Shown: positions 18,499 through 26,406 of the stretch, piece after piece | Layout: every line of letters starts with the position of its first letter | How positions within the stretch are numbered: position 1 is the first letter of the stretch | Source: an uncultured Piscirickettsiaceae bacterium | GTDB taxonomy: Bacteria; Pseudomonadota; Gammaproteobacteria; GCF-002020875 | Length of the DNA stretch: 37,854 bases | NCBI GenBank assembly: GCA_964344735.1 | Contig: CAYFOQ010000001.1 | Location: 1-37,854 of the forward strand | Direction of reading: 5' to 3' | Program-made: the position numbers and the translations under genes | Notes under the pieces: generated by a model | The model's input: only the letters and a program-made list of their open reading frames with translations | Told to the model about the DNA's origin: nothing | Database searches by the model: none

Positions 18499-20679
18499 AT
18501 GCACAGGATCAAGAAGGTTGAGGTAACTCGGGGTATCAGTTGGATTGAGGTGCCCGAGGTTGATCTGCGTATTCTATGCGGTTGCCCGGCCGATAGTGTC
18601 AAACATTTGATGAAGCGGGGGCTCATCATCTGGACCGAGCGTGACGGGGTGAAGTATGAGCTTGGCCCCAATGCCATCCTTCTCTCGGATGTGCTGCTGC
18701 AGAATGGGGAGTTCTCCAATCTGGCGGAGTTTCCGGTGCTGCAGATGCTCTATCGCCAGGGGATGATCATCCCTAACCACCCCAATAATACTGGACAGAA
18801 GCCACTGTTGGTCGGTAATCGTAGCCAGGTCAAGGCGCAGATGGAGTACATCTATCGCGGCAATTATGGTCTGGTCTCGAAGGAGGAGATGCTGGCGACC
18901 GGTCTCGATGAAGAGACTGCTGACGAGATGATGGCGATGAAGCTACGTTTCGCCTTCGGCAAGATTCATCCCACGGAAGAGCTGCTCGATGTGAGGGTAG
19001 TGGAAGAGGAGGCGGTGGAGATTTTCGGAGGGGTGCAGATCCGAAGGTTGTCGCGGAACGTCTATCAGGTCGATTATCAGGGTGAGACGGTCGAGGTCGA
19101 TCTCAATCTGCCGGAGGGGAAAGGTTACGAGGTCCCCTATCCGCTCGATTGCCACGATGTGCGGCGTGGATACTTCTCGGTACTTCATTCTGGGCAGGGT
19201 GATGGTTGGGATCCACAACGCCCCAGTATGTCCTCGATTCTGATGTTTCAGGGCAAGGTCTACATGATCGATGTCGGCCCCAATGTCCATGAGAATCTCG
19301 AGGCGCTCGGGATCAGCCTCAACGAGATTCATGGACTCTTTCACACGCACTGTCACGATGATCACTTCGGTGGGTTGGCAACGTTGGCCCGTTCCGGCCA
19401 CCGTATCGAGTATTACGCCACACCGCTGGTACGAGCATCGGTCACCAAAAAGCTTTGTGCTCTGCTCTCGGTGGAAGAGTCCTTTTTTGAGAAGTGTTTC
19501 AATATCAATGATCTCGAAGATGATGTCTGGAACAGTGTCGATGGATTGGAGGTTCGTCCGATCTTCTCACCCCATCCGGTCGAGACTACGATCATGCGTT
19601 TCCGTTCCCTCTGGGAGGATGGCTATCACACCTACGCGCACTATGCCGATATTGCCGCTTTCAGTGTGATCGATGGTATGTTGGAGGAGGAGGGGCGACC
19701 GGGATTGAAGCAGTCCACCATCGAGAAGGTGAAGCGGGACTATCTGGAACCGGCCAACACCAAGAAGATTGATATCGGTGGAGGGATGATTCACGGTGAT
19801 ATCGAGGATTTCGCCCACGATGAGTCGGATCGTATCATTCTTTCCCATTCGGCGGCCCCTTATTCCGATCGTCAAAAGGAGATTGGTTCCGGGGCTCCCT
19901 TCGGAGCGGTAGATGATCTGATCCCGATCTACCAGAACTACTCCTGGCGTTTTGCTATCGAGTATTTGCGCTCCTATTTCCCCTCCGCTTCCGACTACTA
20001 CATGCGGATTCTGCTTAACAACAAGGTGGAGCTGTTCAATCCGGAGTCGATCATTCTCAAGGAGGGGTATGTCAACAAGGAGATCTATCTGACACTGACC
20101 GGAAATGTGGAGATGATGAATGTGCAGGAGGGGGTCAACTGTGAGCTCTATGCCGGTACGATCATTGGCGATGTCTCCGGGCTCAATCGGGTTCCCTCCA
20201 GCTACACCTTCCGCAGCAAGAATTTTGTTCAGGCATTACGAATACCGAGCTCTCTCTTCACCGTTTTTGTGCAACAGAACGACCTTTTCAACGAGATGGC
20301 ACAGATGGAGATGCGGCGAGAACTACTGAACCGAATTCCGCTCTTTAGCGAGGCGATCTCCTATGCACTGAAAAACCGACTCTCTCATGGCGTCACTACC
20401 TTGCAGTGTGCGGTCGGAGAGCTGGTGAGTAATGATGAAGATGCCCTCTATATCCTCTACCAGGGCAGTTTGGTGGAGCAGGGTGGTGGAGAGCGAGTGC
20501 TGGAGCCAGCCGACCACTTTGGCGAAGAGGCGGCGATTATTGAGGGCGAGCCTCTGGGCCAGCGCCACTTCAAGGCCACCGAGAAGAGCGAGATCTGGTT
20601 GATCCCAGGAAATCTGTTGCGAGAGATCCCGATCCTGCTCTGGAAGGTGATGGAGAACTCTAGTAAGGGCAGCGCCTGA
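18499..20679 (+). CDS. Multidomain protein: unknown N-terminal region, metallo-beta-lactamase fold, and two cyclic-nucleotide-binding-like domains (candidate cNMP-regulated phosphodiesterase)
   Basis: The MBL metal motif H-x-H-x-D-H occurs as HTHCHDDHFGG (19342-19365). Two C-terminal CAP/cNMP-type beta-barrel regions are visible (LFNPESIILKEGYVNKEIYLTLTGNVEM... and LQCAVGELVSNDEDALYILYQGSLVEQ...HFGEEAAI). The ATG at 18499 follows a GTG at 18496. Confidence 0.8.
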   Translation: MHRIKKVEVTRGISWIEVPEVDLRILCGCPADSVKHLMKRGLIIWTERDGVKYELGPNAILLSDVLLQNGEFSNLAEFPVLQMLYRQGMIIPNHPNNTGQKPLLVGNRSQVKAQMEYIYRGNYGLVSKEEMLATGLDEETADEMMAMKLRFAFGKIHPTEELLDVRVVEEEAVEIFGGVQIRRLSRNVYQVDYQGETVEVDLNLPEGKGYEVPYPLDCHDVRRGYFSVLHSGQGDGWDPQRPSMSSILMFQGKVYMIDVGPNVHENLEALGISLNEIHGLFHTHCHDDHFGGLATLARSGHRIEYYATPLVRASVTKKLCALLSVEESFFEKCFNINDLEDDVWNSVDGLEVRPIFSPHPVETTIMRFRSLWEDGYHTYAHYADIAAFSVIDGMLEEEGRPGLKQSTIEKVKRDYLEPANTKKIDIGGGMIHGDIEDFAHDESDRIILSHSAAPYSDRQKEIGSGAPFGAVDDLIPIYQNYSWRFAIEYLRSYFPSASDYYMRILLNNKVELFNPESIILKEGYVNKEIYLTLTGNVEMMNVQEGVNCELYAGTIIGDVSGLNRVPSSYTFRSKNFVQALRIPSSLFTVFVQQNDLFNEMAQMEMRRELLNRIPLFSEAISYALKNRLSHGVTTLQCAVGELVSNDEDALYILYQGSLVEQGGGERVLEPADHFGEEAAIIEGEPLGQRHFKATEKSEIWLIPGNLLREIPILLWKVMENSSKGSA

Positions 20680-20683
20680 GATC

Positions 20684-20712
20684 TTGCGGTTACCACCCGG
20701 GGCCCCTATAAT
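20684..20712 (+). promoter_or_regulatory. Candidate sigma-70 promoter for the 20754 gene
   Basis: A TTGCGG (-35-like) is followed by a 17-nt spacer and a perfect TATAAT at 20707-20712, about 40 nt upstream of the ATG. This is a pattern match only. Confidence 0.3.
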
Positions 20713-20753
20713 ATCCGACAATTAAGGTTGGTTAAATTCAAGGGGTCACAATC

Positions 20754-21359
20754 ATGAATCCATTACAAACTCGTGGCGGTACCGTAGTTGCCGGTGTGGT
20801 GTTGGCGCTGTTGTTGGCGTTGTTGTTGAAGTTGTTAGGTGCTTCTAGTGGTGGGGTCGTTTACGCCATTAATCCGCTGGAAATCAATGTGTGGTTCCAT
20901 GTTGTGGTTGGGATCGCCTGGGTAGGACTGCTCTACTATTTCAATGCGGTGCAGATCCCGGCGGTGGGTGAGGCGGTGGCGGATGGTGATCCCGGTCCGG
21001 CTGCCATCAACCGTTATGTCGCACCGCGTGCACTCTTCTGGTTTCGCTGGGCGGCGGTATTGACCTGGCTTTCTGGTGTGGCTGCATTGGGTCATATGGG
21101 CGGTCTGATTGGTGCGTTTACCTTTGCGGAAGGGTGGCAGGTGATTGGCATGGGGGCCTGGCTCGGAACCATCATGCTGTTCAATGTCTGGGTCATCATC
21201 TGGCCTAATCAGCAGAAGATTCTCGGAATGAGGGAGGCGAGCGACGAAGAGATCGCCAAGGCCAAGTTCCATGCCCTGATGGCATCCCGTTTCAATACGC
21301 TGCTATCCTTTCCGATGCTGCTGGGGATGACCGCCTACGGTCACGGTTTACCCTTCTGA
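20754..21359 (+). CDS. Integral membrane protein resembling the N-terminal membrane domain of urate hydroxylase PuuD
   Basis: 201 aa with about 4-5 TM segments. The motifs WFHVVVGIAWVGLLYYFN, LFWFRWAAVLTWLSGV and GTIMLFNVWVIIWPNQ resemble my recollection of PuuD N-domain motifs. No cytochrome c domain is present. Confidence 0.55.
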   Translation: MNPLQTRGGTVVAGVVLALLLALLLKLLGASSGGVVYAINPLEINVWFHVVVGIAWVGLLYYFNAVQIPAVGEAVADGDPGPAAINRYVAPRALFWFRWAAVLTWLSGVAALGHMGGLIGAFTFAEGWQVIGMGAWLGTIMLFNVWVIIWPNQQKILGMREASDEEIAKAKFHALMASRFNTLLSFPMLLGMTAYGHGLPF

Positions 21360-21428
21360 GGGGTGAGCTGGGGAATGGTTGGGGGCTCCATCAATGCCGT
21401 GAGTGTGGGCTGAGTGTGACGAGGGAGC

Positions 21429-22967
21429 ATGAACGGAGTCGAGTTAACCATCTTTTCCAGCAGGATTACCGCCATCTGTGATGAGATGGGGGCACTGCTG
21501 CAGCGATCCGCCTTCTCCCCCAATATCCGTGATCGACTCGACTTCTCCTGTGCCCTCTTTGATGCCGAAGGGGAGCTTTGTGCTCAGGCGGCACATATCC
21601 CGGTCCATCTCGGTAGCATGGCCTACGCCATGCGCGATATCGTTTCCGAACTGATATGGCGACCGGGAGATCTGGTCGTACTCAATGATCCTTATCTGGG
21701 AGGAACGCATCTCCCCGATGTGACGATGATTACCCCACTGTTTATAGACCAAGAGCGGTTGGGCTTTGTTGTCAATCGCGCACACCATGCCGATATCGGT
21801 AGTGCAACGCCAGGATCGATGCCACTCTCAACGACACTGGAGCAGGAGGGGGTGGTGATCCCACCAACCTACCTGATGCGAGAGGGCAAGCTACAGCGGA
21901 AGTGGTTCGACGAACTGTTACAGCAGATGCGAGATGAGGTGGTCTCGCGAGGTGATTTCGAAGCCCAGATGAGTGCCAATCAGGTGGGAGAGCGACGTCT
22001 GCGGGAGTGGATCGAGGAGATTGGTGCGGATTATTACCGCAATGGGGTGATTGCTCTCAACGACTACGCGGAAAAATTGGCGGCGCAACAGCTCAGCACG
22101 ATACCGGATGGCGTCTACTGTTTCGAGGACCGCTTGGATGGGGATGGTCAGGGAAGTGGTCCCTTGACGATTCGGGCGAAAGTTGTGGTTGAACAGGGGG
22201 TAGTCGAGGTCGACTTTAGTGGAACCGCAGCGCAAAGTCAGGGAAACGTCAATGCACCCCTGTCGGTGGCCGCGGCGGGAGTCTACTATCTCTTCAGAAC
22301 CTTGATGCCGCCGCAGATACCGGCAACGGCAGGGAGTTTTCGAGCCATCACGATCCGGGCAGAGCCGGGCTCACTGCCCCATGCTACCCGTCCGGCGGCG
22401 GTAGCTGCGGGCAATGTGGAGACCAGCAGCCGAGTGGTTGATGTGGTGATGGGCGCCTTGGCAAAAGCGGTCCCTGAGCGGATGGCGGCAGCGAGTCAGG
22501 GAACGATGAATAATCTGGCGATGGGTGGGGAGGTGGATGGCCATCACTGGGACTACTATGAGACCATGGGAGGAGGGATGGGGGCGTGGAACGGTGGTGC
22601 AGGCCTCTCTGCGGTGCAGAGCCATATGACCAACACGCTCAATACTCCAATTGAGGTGTTGGAGATGATGGCACCGGTTCGGGTGGAAGAGTACCGGTTG
22701 CGACGGGGGTCGGGAGGAGGTGGGGAACATTGTGGTGGGGATGGTCTGGTAAGGACCTTTCGGTTTCTTCAGCCGACAACGGTTACGCTGTTGAGTGAAC
22801 GGCGCGATCACTCCCCATGGGGGATGGCGGGTGGATCAGCAGGAAAGTGTGGCGTGAACGAGCTCGATGAGCGGCCACTCCCTGGAAAATTTTCGTTACG
22901 GGTTGAAGCGGGTCAGCAGTTGCGGATCTCGACACCAGGTGGAGGGGGGTATGGCAGGCCGGAGTGA
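21429..22967 (+). CDS. Hydantoinase B / oxoprolinase family protein
   Basis: 512 aa with a typical HyuB N-terminus (FSSRITAICDEMGALLQRSAFSPNIRDRLDFSCALFDAEGELCAQAAHIPVHLGSM) and C-terminal region (GGGGYGRP). No HyuA-type partner gene is in the window. Confidence 0.88.
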   Translation: MNGVELTIFSSRITAICDEMGALLQRSAFSPNIRDRLDFSCALFDAEGELCAQAAHIPVHLGSMAYAMRDIVSELIWRPGDLVVLNDPYLGGTHLPDVTMITPLFIDQERLGFVVNRAHHADIGSATPGSMPLSTTLEQEGVVIPPTYLMREGKLQRKWFDELLQQMRDEVVSRGDFEAQMSANQVGERRLREWIEEIGADYYRNGVIALNDYAEKLAAQQLSTIPDGVYCFEDRLDGDGQGSGPLTIRAKVVVEQGVVEVDFSGTAAQSQGNVNAPLSVAAAGVYYLFRTLMPPQIPATAGSFRAITIRAEPGSLPHATRPAAVAAGNVETSSRVVDVVMGALAKAVPERMAAASQGTMNNLAMGGEVDGHHWDYYETMGGGMGAWNGGAGLSAVQSHMTNTLNTPIEVLEMMAPVRVEEYRLRRGSGGGGEHCGGDGLVRTFRFLQPTTVTLLSERRDHSPWGMAGGSAGKCGVNELDERPLPGKFSLRVEAGQQLRISTPGGGGYGRPE

Positions 22968-23080
22968 TTCGGCACGGTTATTGAAAGTAGCACCGTGGAA
23001 GAGCGGGATGGGCGGATCAGAGTCAATAATTCGACGATTGCATCTCCCCTTATGGGTAACAGAACAACAAGAGAAGAGTC

Positions 23081-23434
23081 ATGGCGGCAACACTGAAGAA
23101 GTTTTCGGCGAATGAAGAGGTCTTCAAGCAGGGAATGCGTGGAGAGTGGGCCGGGGTGATCCGGGAGGGGTCCGTTGAGGTCTACATCGAGCAGAAGGAT
23201 GGAGAGCGTCTGGTATTGGCTCAACTGGCCAAGGGTGAGGTGTTTGGTGAATTGGCGATCCTTTCGGCTGATGACAAGCGTAGTGCGACGATTCGCGCCT
23301 TGGAGTACACCGAGATCATGCAGGTGACCCGTAAGGATGTCAATCTGATGCTGGGCAAGAGTCCTCCAATCATGCGGGCAATCGTACTAAGCCTGATTCG
23401 ACGGATGCAGCGTATGCTGGAGGCGAAGCAGTAA
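23081..23434 (+). CDS. Stand-alone cyclic-nucleotide-binding domain protein (no output domain)
   Basis: 117 aa with a CAP-family beta-barrel and a canonical phosphate-binding cassette (GEVFGELAILSADDKRSATIRA). There is no HTH or other effector domain. Confidence 0.85.
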   Translation: MAATLKKFSANEEVFKQGMRGEWAGVIREGSVEVYIEQKDGERLVLAQLAKGEVFGELAILSADDKRSATIRALEYTEIMQVTRKDVNLMLGKSPPIMRAIVLSLIRRMQRMLEAKQ

Positions 23435-23466
23435 GAGGCATTACTTACTCATCGATGAGGGCAATA

Positions 23467-23499
23467 GGGGAAGCCGAGTGGCTTCCCCTTTCGCGTTTT
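23467..23499 (+). terminator. Rho-independent terminator after the cNMP-binding gene
   Basis: GGGGAAGCC-GAGT-GGCTTCCCC gives a 9-bp stem and 4-nt loop, followed by TTTCGCGTTTT. Confidence 0.75.
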
Positions 23500-23601
23500 G
23501 GCATGGTTCTGTCGGGAGAATTCTGTGACGAAATAGTGTCGGTACTCTTCGATCTCGTGCTGCAGTCAGGTAACTAATTGTATTTTATGTTATTGTTTAG
23601 T

Positions 23602-23617
23602 TGGCATGTAAAGTGCT
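23602..23617 (+). promoter_or_regulatory. Candidate sigma-54 (-24/-12) promoter upstream of the motA-like gene
   Basis: TGGCAT-GTAAA-GTGCT matches the TGGCAC-N5-TTGCW consensus. The GG (23603-23604) and GC (23615-23616) have the canonical spacing. It lies about 85 nt upstream of the ATG at 23703. Confidence 0.4.
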
Positions 23618-23702
23618 GCTAAATCTGGTGAGGATCGATGTGTCAAATTGTCAACACCGGATCAGCTGTGTACACCAGTAGGAAATAGCGAGGAAACCGT
23701 TC

Positions 23703-24485
23703 ATGTCAGTAGGAACTCTAGCGGGAATCTTGGGAGGATTTGGGCTCTTTCTCTGGGCCATTTTCGCCAACACCGACAATCCGGCCATCTTTCTGAGTGT
23801 ATCGAGTTTGGCAATGGTCGCCGGTGGCGCGATTGCTGGATCCTATATGTCCTTTCAGCCTCTCTATGTCAATCGCGCCTTTAAGGCGATGATCACCCAG
23901 TTCCAGCCCACTACGGTCACCTTCTTCACGCTGATGGCCGATGTCGAGCGGATGATTGGTTGGGCCAAGACAGTACAGACCCAGGGGGTGGTCGCACTGG
24001 AGCAGGAGATGGGGGGGGACAACTCCGATCCCTTCGTGGCGGTTGGTGGCAAGTTCGTACTCTCCAACTACAAGGGGGAAGAGCTACGGGATCTGCTCGA
24101 GACGGCCAATGAGACCTCATTCCAGCGTAATACCATTCAGGTGGGAATTTTGAAAAAGATGGCGACCCTCTCTCCCGCCTACGGCATGATCGGAACCCTG
24201 GTGGGGCTGGTGATCATGCTCGGTAACATGGGCGGAGACCCTGCAGCACTTGGTGCTGGTATGGCAGTAGCGATGTTGACCACGCTCTACGGGGTAATCT
24301 TCGCTCAGATGGTCTTTCTGCCGGCAGCGGAGAAGTTGCAGCAGAAGGAGGAGATGATCCGGTTTCGTAATCTGCTATTGGTTGAAGGTTTCATGATGTT
24401 GGCGGAGCAGCGTCCTGGTCGTGAGATTCAGGATCGTCTCAATAGCTTTTTGGCTCCTCCGGCCTGGTTCGACGTGGCCGAATAG
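23703..24485 (+). CDS. MotA/PomA-type proton-channel stator subunit (MotA/TolQ/ExbB family)
   Basis: 260 aa with two N-terminal TMs, a cytoplasmic loop and a C-terminal TM3-TM4 carrying the family motif (SPAYGMIGTLVGLVIML ... AMLTTLYGVIFAQMVFLPAAEKL). A GAGGAA SD sequence lies 8 nt upstream. Confidence 0.88.
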   Translation: MSVGTLAGILGGFGLFLWAIFANTDNPAIFLSVSSLAMVAGGAIAGSYMSFQPLYVNRAFKAMITQFQPTTVTFFTLMADVERMIGWAKTVQTQGVVALEQEMGGDNSDPFVAVGGKFVLSNYKGEELRDLLETANETSFQRNTIQVGILKKMATLSPAYGMIGTLVGLVIMLGNMGGDPAALGAGMAVAMLTTLYGVIFAQMVFLPAAEKLQQKEEMIRFRNLLLVEGFMMLAEQRPGREIQDRLNSFLAPPAWFDVAE

Positions 24486-24531
24486 TCGGTGTGAATAACA
24501 GCAGAGCATAGTAGGGAACGGATCGTTCAGT

Positions 24532-25377
24532 ATGGCCAAGAAGTGTCCACAGTGCGAGGCGTGTGAAGAGTGCGATGAGTTGATGGCGACCTTCGCCGAT
24601 ATGATGTCGCTGTTGATGGCCTTCTTTATTCTGTTGCTCTCCATGGCTACCTTTGATCCGACCAAATATGGCGTGGTTTCCGAGGGGATGAAGGAGGCTT
24701 TTGCCCGTATCGTCACCACCTCCATCGAAGAGCCGCTAGTGGAAGAGTCACAGGAGGAGAAAGATGCCAAGGAGGCGAAGAAGAACCCTGCCGCCAAGGC
24801 GATGGCGGCGGTAGAGGAGATGGTCTCTGAACGAGGGGTGGAGCAGTTTGTCAAAGTGACTGCTACACCGGGTGGTTTCGAGATGGAGTTGGCGAATAAC
24901 TCCCTCTTCACCAGTGGTTCGGCTACGCTTCAACGTACAATCAAACCGATTCTGACCCAACTGGCGCAGACCATTGCGGCGGTCGATGGGGCCAATATGG
25001 AGATTCAGGGGCACACCGATGACGACCCGATTAGTACGGTACAGTTTCCATCCAACTGGGAACTTTCTTCCATCCGTGCAATCAACGTACTGAAGTTTAT
25101 GACCGGCCACGGGATGGATCCGAAGCGGGTCAAGGCGGTCGCCTACGCCGACTCTCAGCCCAAGGTGCCTAATCGTGACAAGCGTGGACGCCCCATCAAG
25201 GAGAATCAGGCCGAAAACCGTCGTGTTATCATAAAGGTGGACAAGGCGGTCGATTTTGATGATCCCAGTGCCGATGATCCGGCCTGGATGGGACGGGTCA
25301 AGGTGAAGGGTGGTGAACGTATCGATAAGAAGAAAAAGAAGAAGCGCAGGAAGAGGAGAAAGAGAAAGAGCGACTAG
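24532..25377 (+). CDS. MotB-type stator subunit with an OmpA-like peptidoglycan-binding domain and a polybasic C-terminal tail
   Basis: The N-terminus has CPQCEACEEC, then the plug/TM segment LMATFADMMSLLMAFFILLL with the conserved channel Asp (codon 24598-24600). An OmpA-like domain follows (IQGHTDDDPI...SNWELSSIRAINV...AYADSQP...NRRVII). The tail is KKKKKKRRKRRKRKSD. Confidence 0.88.
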   Translation: MAKKCPQCEACEECDELMATFADMMSLLMAFFILLLSMATFDPTKYGVVSEGMKEAFARIVTTSIEEPLVEESQEEKDAKEAKKNPAAKAMAAVEEMVSERGVEQFVKVTATPGGFEMELANNSLFTSGSATLQRTIKPILTQLAQTIAAVDGANMEIQGHTDDDPISTVQFPSNWELSSIRAINVLKFMTGHGMDPKRVKAVAYADSQPKVPNRDKRGRPIKENQAENRRVIIKVDKAVDFDDPSADDPAWMGRVKVKGGERIDKKKKKKRRKRRKRKSD

Positions 25378-25416
25378 CAGGTGATTGATCGATCTTATAG
25401 AGGTGCCGGGGTGTAT

Positions 25417-26010
25417 ATGTTGAGTAGAGGAACAAGGTTGGGTGTGGTGATTCTCGCGCTGGTGATGGCCGGGGGATTGTGGTCTGAGAGTGTCTGGTCG
25501 GCTTCGCCGGGCGATGTCAGGAAGGTCAAGAAGAGTAGAGTGTGCAAAAAGTGTGACCTGGAGGGGGCGGTGCTGATGAAGGCCAATCTCGGGCGCAAGA
25601 ACCTGAGTGGTTCCAATCTGAAAAAGGCCGATCTGAGCAATGCCATGCTGAAGATGGCGATTCTCAATGGGGTGCAAATGGCCGGTGCCAAACTTGATGG
25701 GGCCAACTTCAGTGGTGTAACCGCCAAGGGGATGAAGGGGTATGGCCTAGTCTTCAAAGGGGTGGATCTCTCCTACTCCAACTTTACCAAGGCCGACCTG
25801 GCCGCTGCCGATTTTCGTGGGGCGACCGTAAAGGGGGTGGATTTTTCTGGAGCAGATCTTACCTGGGCCAATTTTCGTGGCGTCGACCTTGGCAGCTCCA
25901 ATTTTGCCGGTGCCAATATTGAAGGTGCAGACTTCACCGGAGCCAAGTTACGAGCGGTAAAAGGGAAGCGCAGGGCTAAGAAGTTTCTCTTCGCCGAGGG
26001 TTGGAAGTAG
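25417..26010 (+). CDS. Secreted pentapeptide-repeat protein
   Basis: Signal-peptide-like N-terminus (MLSRGTRLGVVILALVMAGGLWSESVWSA), then about 30 tandem A(D/N)LxX-type pentapeptides (ANLGRKNLSGSNLKKADLSNAMLKMAILNG...ANFRGVDLGSSNFAGANIEGADFTGAKL). The ORF is open from a GTG at 25381, 3 nt after the motB-like stop. Confidence 0.85.
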   Translation: MLSRGTRLGVVILALVMAGGLWSESVWSASPGDVRKVKKSRVCKKCDLEGAVLMKANLGRKNLSGSNLKKADLSNAMLKMAILNGVQMAGAKLDGANFSGVTAKGMKGYGLVFKGVDLSYSNFTKADLAAADFRGATVKGVDFSGADLTWANFRGVDLGSSNFAGANIEGADFTGAKLRAVKGKRRAKKFLFAEGWK

Positions 26011-26046
26011 TCAGCGGTGAATCGTCACCTCTGAGCGATTTTGGTT

Positions 26047-26352
26047 TCACTCCAGCGTAAAGTGGGTAGCGTTGCTCAATGGTGTCTGAAACAGGATGCC
26101 GCGATGAGGGGTGCCAATCTCCAAGTGCTCATAGAGAAACTCAAAAATCTCTTCGGCCCTCTCTTCCGGTACGACAACCGCCAGGGTCTCTGACTCGATC
26201 TCCTTGCCATCTTGCTGAAACAGACTGCTGCGACCACCATAGACATTGGCACTTACTACGCTCTTCTCCTCTTTGAGCGCAGTGATGGTGTTGATCCCCT
26301 CTCCCTTGGGAATCAGGCAGGTGATCAGCTTGTTATTGGTCTCCAGGTTCAT
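26047..26352 (-). CDS. P-II-like protein (divergent, second copy)
   Basis: 101 aa with a ferredoxin-like beta-alpha-beta pattern parallel to GlnB (KLITCLIPKGEG..ITALKEE.. / LAVVVPEERAEEIFEFLYEHLEIGTPHRGILFQTPL). A GAGGAG SD sequence is upstream. It lies downstream of the first P-II-like gene. Confidence 0.65.
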   Translation of the reverse strand: MNLETNNKLITCLIPKGEGINTITALKEEKSVVSANVYGGRSSLFQQDGKEIESETLAVVVPEERAEEIFEFLYEHLEIGTPHRGILFQTPLSNATHFTLE

Positions 26353-26406
26353 CGTGACTCCTCGTCAATCCGGTCGTGCGGCTGATTGTGAAACAGCAGA
26401 GCTAGG

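Noticed and set aside
23703-25377. Interpretation of the MotA/MotB pair as a Zorya-type anti-phage system
   Set aside because: ZorA proteins are much larger, with a long C-terminal tail. Zorya loci also carry ZorC/D (or ZorE / ZorF,G) genes. Here MotA is 260 aa and no such partners or nuclease or helicase genes are present.
24748-25677. 309-aa ORF on the minus strand
   Set aside because: It lies antisense to the well-supported motB-like and pentapeptide-repeat genes. The translation is low-complexity (R/H/L/P-rich) with no recognisable motif. This is a typical shadow ORF in GC-rich DNA.
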